Positions 17,497 through 22,352 of a DNA stretch of 22,352 bases are shown piece by piece. The position numbers were made by a program, and so were the translations under genes. The notes beneath the pieces are model-generated. The model searched no databases. It saw only the letters and a list, made by a program, of their open reading frames with translations, and was not told the origin of the DNA. Source of the stretch: Chthoniobacteraceae bacterium (GTDB lineage: Bacteria > Verrucomicrobiota > Verrucomicrobiia > Chthoniobacterales > Chthoniobacteraceae); the NCBI GenBank assembly GCA_031409655.1, contig JANNXQ010000271.1, positions 1 to 22,352 of the forward strand, in the 5' to 3' direction. Each line of letters begins with the position of its first letter. Within the stretch, counting starts at the first letter, position 1.

Positions 17497-18753
17497 TCAC
17501 CGTCGTCGCCCGCCACCCCCACGCCCACCGCCGCCGCCGCCGCGCGATCCTCCTCCGCCACGCTGCCGACCGGCCTCATACCGTCGCTCGTCGCGATCCG
17601 GCTCCGTCTGCATCGGCGCCGGCAGATTGTAGTCAAATCCCTCCGCCTTTTTCCGCACCACGCCGCGCCCGATGAACCGCTCCAGCGTCCGCAGCGCCGC
17701 ATGATCTTCCGGCGTCACAAAGCTGATCGCATCGCCGATCGCCTGCGCCCGTCCGGTGCGCCCGATGCGATGCACGTAGTCCTCCGAGTGCATCGGAAAG
17801 TCGAAATTCACGACGTGTGAAATGCCGTCCACATCGATCCCGCGCGCCGCGATATCCGTCGCCACCAGCACCCGCACCACCCCGGACTTAAAGTCGCGCA
17901 GCGCCCGCAGCCGCTGATTCTGCGAGCGATTCGAGTGCAGCGTCCCCGTCGTGATCCCGCTGCTCTCCAGCTTCCGCGCCACGCGATCCGCCCCATGTTT
18001 GGTGCGGGTAAAGACGAGCACCGTATTCAGCGATGCATCCTTCAAAAGATGCGCAAGCAGCGCCGGCTTGAGATGCTTCGGCACTTCATAGGCGAGTTGC
18101 GTCACCGTCTCCGCGGGATTCGCGCGACGCCCGATCTCCACGGTCTTCGGCGAGCGCTGAAATTGATGCGTGAGCGTTTGGATCTCGTGCGACATCGTCG
18201 CCGAGAAGAGCAGCGTCTGCCGCTTCACGGGCAGCGCTTTCACGATCTGCCGGATGGAAGGCAGGAAGCCCATGTCCAGCATCCGGTCCGCTTCATCCAG
18301 CACCAGAAAACTCAGCGGGGAAAAATTCGCAAAGCGCATCAGATCGAGAAGCCGCCCCGGCGTCGCGATCACGATATCCGTGCCCGACTTCAGCGCCTCG
18401 ATCTGCGGCCGCTCGCCGACTCCGCCAAAGACCGTCGCCATCCGCAGCGGCAGATGTTTGCCGTAAGCGCGCACATTTTCCTCGATCTGCACCACCAGTT
18501 CCCGCGTCGGCGCCACGATCAGCGCCCGAGTCCCGCGGCGCGTCCCATCCCCGAGCATCCCCCCGAGTTTCGCGAGGATCGGCAGAGTGAATGCGGCCGT
18601 CTTCCCCGTGCCCGTCTGCGCGATCCCGATCAAGTCATGCCCCGCGAGAATCTCCGGGATGGCCGCCAACTGAATGGGCGTCGGCTCCGTGTAACCAGCT
18701 TCCTGGATAGCTTTGAGAATAGAGTCGCCGAGACCAAGGGTACGAAATGGCAT
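17497..18753 (-). CDS. DEAD-box RNA helicase (RhlE-like)
   Basis: Q motif PTPIQ, AQTGTGKT, PTREL, TPGRL, DEADRMLDMGF, SAT, ARGID, HRIGRTGRA and an RGG-rich tail. Confidence 0.96.
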   Translation of the reverse strand: MPFRTLGLGDSILKAIQEAGYTEPTPIQLAAIPEILAGHDLIGIAQTGTGKTAAFTLPILAKLGGMLGDGTRRGTRALIVAPTRELVVQIEENVRAYGKHLPLRMATVFGGVGERPQIEALKSGTDIVIATPGRLLDLMRFANFSPLSFLVLDEADRMLDMGFLPSIRQIVKALPVKRQTLLFSATMSHEIQTLTHQFQRSPKTVEIGRRANPAETVTQLAYEVPKHLKPALLAHLLKDASLNTVLVFTRTKHGADRVARKLESSGITTGTLHSNRSQNQRLRALRDFKSGVVRVLVATDIAARGIDVDGISHVVNFDFPMHSEDYVHRIGRTGRAQAIGDAISFVTPEDHAALRTLERFIGRGVVRKKAEGFDYNLPAPMQTEPDRDERRYEAGRQRGGGGSRGGGGGGRGGGGRRR

Positions 18754-18938
18754 AGCCCGCCACTATGGGGCCGCGTCGTGGAATGGCACGCACCATTGTC
18801 GGGCAAAGTGGCGGGGGAATTCGGAGCGAGCGGAGAACGACGGGCCCTGGGGGAAAAAGGCCGCCCTCGTCCTGCGCAGGAATAAAACGGCCCGCCGTTC
18901 GTCGCATCATCGCAGTCCTCAACCTCCACACTACCACC

Positions 18939-19556
18939 ATGAAATCATCCTCCGCACTCGCTGCACTCCTCGCCAGTCTCATCCCCGCCACCGTCTTCGC
19001 CATGGACGCTGAAACGCCGTCCCTCCTAACCGCCGCTTCCACCAGGAGCGCCGCCTTCTCCCTCAGCTCCGTCCCGGCTTCGCTCCCCTCGGCGGACGAC
19101 CCGATCATCGCCCTCGCCACCGCGCCCTATGCGCGCGCCGGCTGGCGGGCGACGCTCTCCACCCGCGCCCACGGCGTCCGCGGCACCGTCACCATCGTCG
19201 ATGCCGACACCTTTCGCGTGGATGACTTCTTCTACGACGGCGGCGGCATCAATGTTCACTTCATCCTCGCCGCCCTCGACGACAACGCCACCTTCCGCAC
19301 CACCCGCCTCGTCACCGATCTGAATCTCCTCGGCTCCCCGCAAAACGGTGGCTCCCTCACCATCGACCTCCCCGCCGGCACGAACTTCGACGGCTACAAC
19401 GCCATTTCCCTGTGGTGCCTGCCGGCGCAGGCCAACTTCGGTTCCGGCACGTTCGCCAATCCGGTGCCTGAGCCCGCCAGCGCCGCCCTGCTCACGCTCG
19501 GCGCCCTCACCCTCGGCTCCCGCCGCCGGCGCCAGGCGGTCGAGCAAAGATCGTAG
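18939..19556 (+). CDS. DM13 domain protein with PEP-CTERM sorting signal
   Basis: Signal peptide MKSSSALAALLASLIPATVFA; HGVRGTVTIVD...F.YDGGG...ISLWC....ANFG (DM13); C-terminal PVPEPASAALLTLGALTLGSRRRR. Start assigned to ATG 18939. Confidence 0.88.
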   Translation: MKSSSALAALLASLIPATVFAMDAETPSLLTAASTRSAAFSLSSVPASLPSADDPIIALATAPYARAGWRATLSTRAHGVRGTVTIVDADTFRVDDFFYDGGGINVHFILAALDDNATFRTTRLVTDLNLLGSPQNGGSLTIDLPAGTNFDGYNAISLWCLPAQANFGSGTFANPVPEPASAALLTLGALTLGSRRRRQAVEQRS

Positions 19557-19807
19557 AACCCCAGCCCCTCAGCTTCTCCGGCCGCACGATCAGCGAATCC
19601 CATTCAGGCAAACATCCTACCCACCTACCGCGCAACCCAGTGGCCCCGCGCCCTGGCCTGCCCAAACTCCGCAGTTTGGGCACGAGGAAAAAAGGCCTAC
19701 TCCAGCCCCGCCAACCGCTTCGTCCGCCTCCGCGTCGTCCGCCACCCCTGACGGGACGAGCGGTTAAAATTCCACGGCGAAGGCGCGCCGCCGGTGCCTC
19801 CGGACTT

Positions 19808-19861
19808 GTTCAACAAGGGTTGCTTGCCGGCTCCGCGGCAAAGCAACCTTCCGGGTTAGGC
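19808..19861 (-). other. attC-like recombination site
   Basis: Minus strand GCCTAAC-ccggaaGGTTGCtTTGCCG-cggagc-CGGCAAGCAACCctt-GTTGAAC: RYYYAAC...GTTRRRY ends around an imperfect palindrome with one extra base. 54 bp with non-canonical spacers. Confidence 0.55.
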
Positions 19862-19883
19862 GTTGCGGGTGTTGCGAAAGAGT

Positions 19884-20165
19884 TCATGGAGTCGGATTCC
19901 GATTAGACCGGTTCGCATCAGAAATGCCCCGGAACAAAAGCCAACCAACGAGCCCGGACGCGAGCATGATGCAACCGAAGTAAGTCCCAACATCGTGGCT
20001 GCCACCGAAAAAGGGCTTCCAGCCGGAGTAAGCACAGCCCACACATGCGAGCAGGGACGTGGCTACCGAGCCGATGCGAAAGTAGATGGTTGTATTCGTG
20101 ATCGCGCCCCAAAGACCAAGACCTATGGCGGCAGCAATTCCGACGAGGGCGATTGTATCGTTCAT
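19884..20165 (-). CDS. Small membrane protein (about 3 TM helices), probable gene-cassette ORF
   Basis: 93 aa with three hydrophobic stretches; A-rich leader CAAACAAAACAAAC-ATG; visibly lower GC than its neighbours. Confidence 0.7.
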   Translation of the reverse strand: MNDTIALVGIAAAIGLGLWGAITNTTIYFRIGSVATSLLACVGCAYSGWKPFFGGSHDVGTYFGCIMLASGLVGWLLFRGISDANRSNRNPTP

Positions 20166-20201
20166 GTTTGTTTTGTTTGGGAGCGGCCTCCGAGGCGCGT
20201 A

Positions 20202-20228
20202 GCGACGCCTAACTTGTTAATATACGAC
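20202..20228 (-). other. Cassette core site / attI-like site
   Basis: Minus strand GTCGTATATTAACAA-GTTAGGC-GTCGC: a GTTRRRY core preceded by an AT-rich half-site, 11/12 complementary to the GCAACGCCTAAC end of the cassette. Confidence 0.5.
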
Positions 20229-20495
20229 TGCGACTTTCGAGCCAGGGGCATTGTGGGGCCAGCGCCAGTCATTTATTGAAGGGGGGGCGGCTGGGCGCAT
20301 GGGGCTATGGGTTAGTGGGCTCGGGGGCGGGGGTCAATGAAGTTCGCCCGAGCCTGCGGGAAAGGGTGAAGCGCCCTCGGGTGGCGGGTGCGGGCGGGGA
20401 TGCGGGGGGTGGCCGGGGGTAAGTTCCGGGGCGCTGCTGGCTCTCAAGGGGGGCGGGGTATGATCTGTCTTCGAAAAGGTGGACAGGGCTAATGG

Positions 20496-21377
20496 TTATT
20501 TGATGGAGGTTAGAGGTGGATGGTTCGGGGGGAACATTTCTTTTTCGAACTGGAGCGGAGAGCGGTAGCCCAGCGCGCTGTGGCGGCGGTGCGGATTGTA
20601 GAAGGTCTCGATGTAATCGAAGATCCGCAGTTGTGCGGCGGCGCGGGTGGGTGGGATCTGACCGCGGAGGCCTTCGGTCTTGAGCGTGGCCACGAAGCTT
20701 TCGGCCAGGGCGTTGTCGTAAGGATTGGCCGTGCGGCTCATGCTGCGGGTGACGCCCCAGGCGGCGGTGAGTTGCACGAAGTCGGCGGCGGCGTATTGCA
20801 CGCCGCGATCGCTGTGGTGGAGCAGGCCGGGTGGTGGCGGCTGGCGTTGGGTAGCCAGCGTGAAGGTGGTGGTGGTCAGCTCCACGCGCATGTCCTCGCG
20901 GCAGTGGTGAGCGACGCAGCAGCGCGTGCAGCCATCGAGAGTAAAGGCGAGAAAGAGCCAGCCTTCGCCGGTTTCGATGTAAGTAAAATCGCTCTGCCAG
21001 ACCATGCCGGGCCGATCGGGCGCGGGCACTTTGGCGAGCCAGTTTTCGGCGATCCTGTGCGGATGGCGGCTGTCGGTCGTCGTGGGCCGGAAGCGCCGTT
21101 TTTGAGCGGGTCGCAGGCGCTGCTCGCGCATGAGCCGGGCGATCCGGTTCTTGCCGCAGCGCTCGCCGAGATCGCGCAGATCGGCCTGCACCCGCAGCGG
21201 CCCGTAGGTCTCGCGGCTACGCTCGAAGCTCTCGGCGATGAGCGAGCCGAGCACCGCATCACGCTGGCGCCGGGCTCGGCGCGGCTTGTGGCGATGGGCG
21301 TGGAAGCCGCTTTTGCTGACCTCGAGCGCCTCGGCCAGCGCGCCCACCGGAAATTGCTGACGGAGCTTGTCCATCAC
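20496..21377 (-). CDS. IS3-family transposase OrfB (DDE catalytic domain)
   Basis: YG..RV...L, WQSDFTYI, HHSDRGVQY, DNALAESF..TLKTE and FYN..RRHSALGY.SP motifs; DDE triad intact. Confidence 0.95.
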   Translation of the reverse strand: MMDKLRQQFPVGALAEALEVSKSGFHAHRHKPRRARRQRDAVLGSLIAESFERSRETYGPLRVQADLRDLGERCGKNRIARLMREQRLRPAQKRRFRPTTTDSRHPHRIAENWLAKVPAPDRPGMVWQSDFTYIETGEGWLFLAFTLDGCTRCCVAHHCREDMRVELTTTTFTLATQRQPPPPGLLHHSDRGVQYAAADFVQLTAAWGVTRSMSRTANPYDNALAESFVATLKTEGLRGQIPPTRAAAQLRIFDYIETFYNPHRRHSALGYRSPLQFEKEMFPPNHPPLTSIK

Positions 21378-21697
21378 CGTGAAACGTGGGCGGGCACCTC
21401 GGCCGACAAGATGCCCAACGCTTTTTTTAAGATATCACGCTGCTGGCGCAGGTAATCGTTTTCCGCGCGCAGCCGGCGCAACTCGCGCTGCTCCGGGCTC
21501 TCTGCATCGAGGGTTTTCGGCTGAGCCAGCCCCTGGCCGGCCCTGGCCTTCTTGACCCATTCCCCCAGCGACCAGAGCGAGACGCCCAGATCGCGAGAGA
21601 CCTCGCTCTGGCTGCGTCCGCCCGTGACCAGGGCGACGGCGTTTTCCTTGAACTGCCGGTCGTAACGCCGACCGGATTTGATGCTGTGATCTGACAT
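21374..21697 (-). CDS. IS3-family transposase OrfA (HTH)
   Basis: RRYDRQFKENAV, HTH VSRDLGVS..SL..W, coiled coil ELRRLRAEN..L...RDILKKA. Start assigned to ATG 21697. Confidence 0.93.
   Translation of the reverse strand: MSDHSIKSGRRYDRQFKENAVALVTGGRSQSEVSRDLGVSLWSLGEWVKKARAGQGLAQPKTLDAESPEQRELRRLRAENDYLRQQRDILKKALGILSAEVPAHVSR
21392..21428 (-). promoter_or_regulatory. Programmed -1 ribosomal frameshift signal (A AAA AAA plus hairpin)
   Basis: TTA AAA AAA G in orfA, then 5 nt, then GGGCATCTTG-TCGGC-CGAGGTGCCC; the -1 frame is open into orfB. Confidence 0.85.
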
Positions 21698-21781
21698 GGC
21701 TTTGCTTTTCGTCTTTGAAAGCCCTGTCCGCAAAATCGAAGACACTCCAGTATGAGGTTGGCTGGGGTGCCCCGGACGCGC

Positions 21782-22070
21782 GGGGGCGATCCCATTTCTG
21801 CGGGGATGCATCTCGGGCGGGAGGGGATGGACCCCGGAAGGTTTGGGGCACTATCTCGGGACGTGCGGGAGCTATCCCGGGACTTATGGGGAAGCATCTC
21901 GCGGCCCGCGGGGCGCATCTCGCGGGCGGCGGGATGGCTCCCTCCTTCGTGCGGGATGGATCGCGGGAGAAATGGGGAGCATCCCGCACGGCGCGGGATG
22001 GTACCCCGCGGCTTGCGGGATGCAGCCCGCACGCCGCGGGATGCGCCCCGCACGGCGCGGGATGGCACGC
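21782..22070. repeat. Array of 14 degenerate 12-bp palindromes (consensus GGGATGCATCCC) with 21/22-bp period
   Basis: Cores start at 21782, 21803, 21824, 21846, 21867, 21889, 21910, 21931, 21953, 21974, 21995, 22017, 22038 and 22059; linkers are 9-10 nt and variable. Confidence 0.85.
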
Positions 22071-22118
22071 TTCCACCTCAAGCAAGCACCTGTAACCTGG
22101 CAGCTTCCTCCCAAACCC

Positions 22119-22286
22119 ATGCCCAATCCCTGGCCACCCCATTTCGATGATCCCGCCGTGCGGTGGGACGCGGGTTGGACGTGGATGAGCGCGGCGGAAG
22201 CGGCCGCGATCACTAAGGAACCGCTGATTAACTCGAACGGCGCAAATGGCCCGTTCTGCGGTGCGAGGGCGGCGGTTTTTCAATGA
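22119..22286 (+). CDS. Putative 55-aa Trp-rich micro-protein (possibly a truncated gene)
   Basis: MPNPWPPHFDDPAVRWDAGWTWMSAAEAAAITKEPLINSNGANGPFCGARAAVFQ*. C/A-rich leader CCTCCCAAACCC-ATG resembles the leader of the DM13 gene. Confidence 0.45.
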   Translation: MPNPWPPHFDDPAVRWDAGWTWMSAAEAAAITKEPLINSNGANGPFCGARAAVFQ

Positions 22287-22352
22287 TGGCTGGTCGCGAT
22301 TTTGGGTCTTTTGCGCGGTGCTGAGCGGTGGTTGATGTTCTTGGCGGTCGGT

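Larger units (their letters stand above)
20461..21749 (-). mobile_element. IS3-family insertion sequence, complete (1289 bp)
   Basis: TG...CA ends; 30-bp imperfect IRs TGATCTGTCTTCGAAAAGGTGGACAGGGCT and TGGAGTGTCTTCGATTTTGCGGACAGGGCT (22/30); 3-bp target duplication GTA at 20458-20460 and 21750-21752; orfA plus orfB. Confidence 0.96.

Noticed and set aside
19659..19693. Rho-independent terminator after the DM13 gene
   Set aside because: The stem is good, but it is followed by an A-run on + and has no U-tract after it on either strand.
21782..22070. CRISPR array interpretation
   Set aside because: 12-bp degenerate repeats with 9-10-nt linkers are far below CRISPR sizes; there is no AT-rich leader and no cas gene in the window.
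21435..22286. Long ORFs across the array (21843-22286 +, 21435-22283 -, 21427-22068 - and others) as repeat proteins
   Set aside because: The 21/22-bp spacing shifts the repeat between frames, several of these ORFs run into the IS, and all frames are stop-poor because of GC content. Only the portion from ATG 22119 is retained.

Overview
GC-rich bacterial chromosomal window, most likely Verrucomicrobiota (inferred from a PEP-CTERM protein, a 'DGKxxKEPV' N-terminal motif on a beta-barrel protein and the kinase architecture). Positions 1-18.8 kb hold mostly ordinary genes: the rsmE 3' end, a GT2, gluQ, an M16 peptidase pair, ApbE, a GNAT-like protein, a class III aminotransferase, an ATP-grasp/HAD/GT/GDPD cluster, tRNA-Asp(GTC), a kinase-pseudokinase-Sel1 receptor, a lipoprotein, an outer-membrane barrel and a DEAD-box helicase. 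Four gene junctions carry hairpins built from inverted tandem 7-, 8- or 9-mers. The last 3.5 kb is accessory. It contains a DM13/PEP-CTERM gene, a solitary integron-like cassette (GTTAGGC...ORF...GCCTAAC plus an attC-like hairpin, no integrase in view), a G-rich tract, an intact IS3-family element with a 3-bp target duplication, and a 14-unit array of 12-bp palindromes (consensus GGGATGCATCCC) at 21/22-bp spacing directly upstream of a Trp-rich micro-ORF. The array plus micro-ORF and the orphan cassette are the best candidates for something undescribed. All calls come from reading motifs by eye; no database searches were run.
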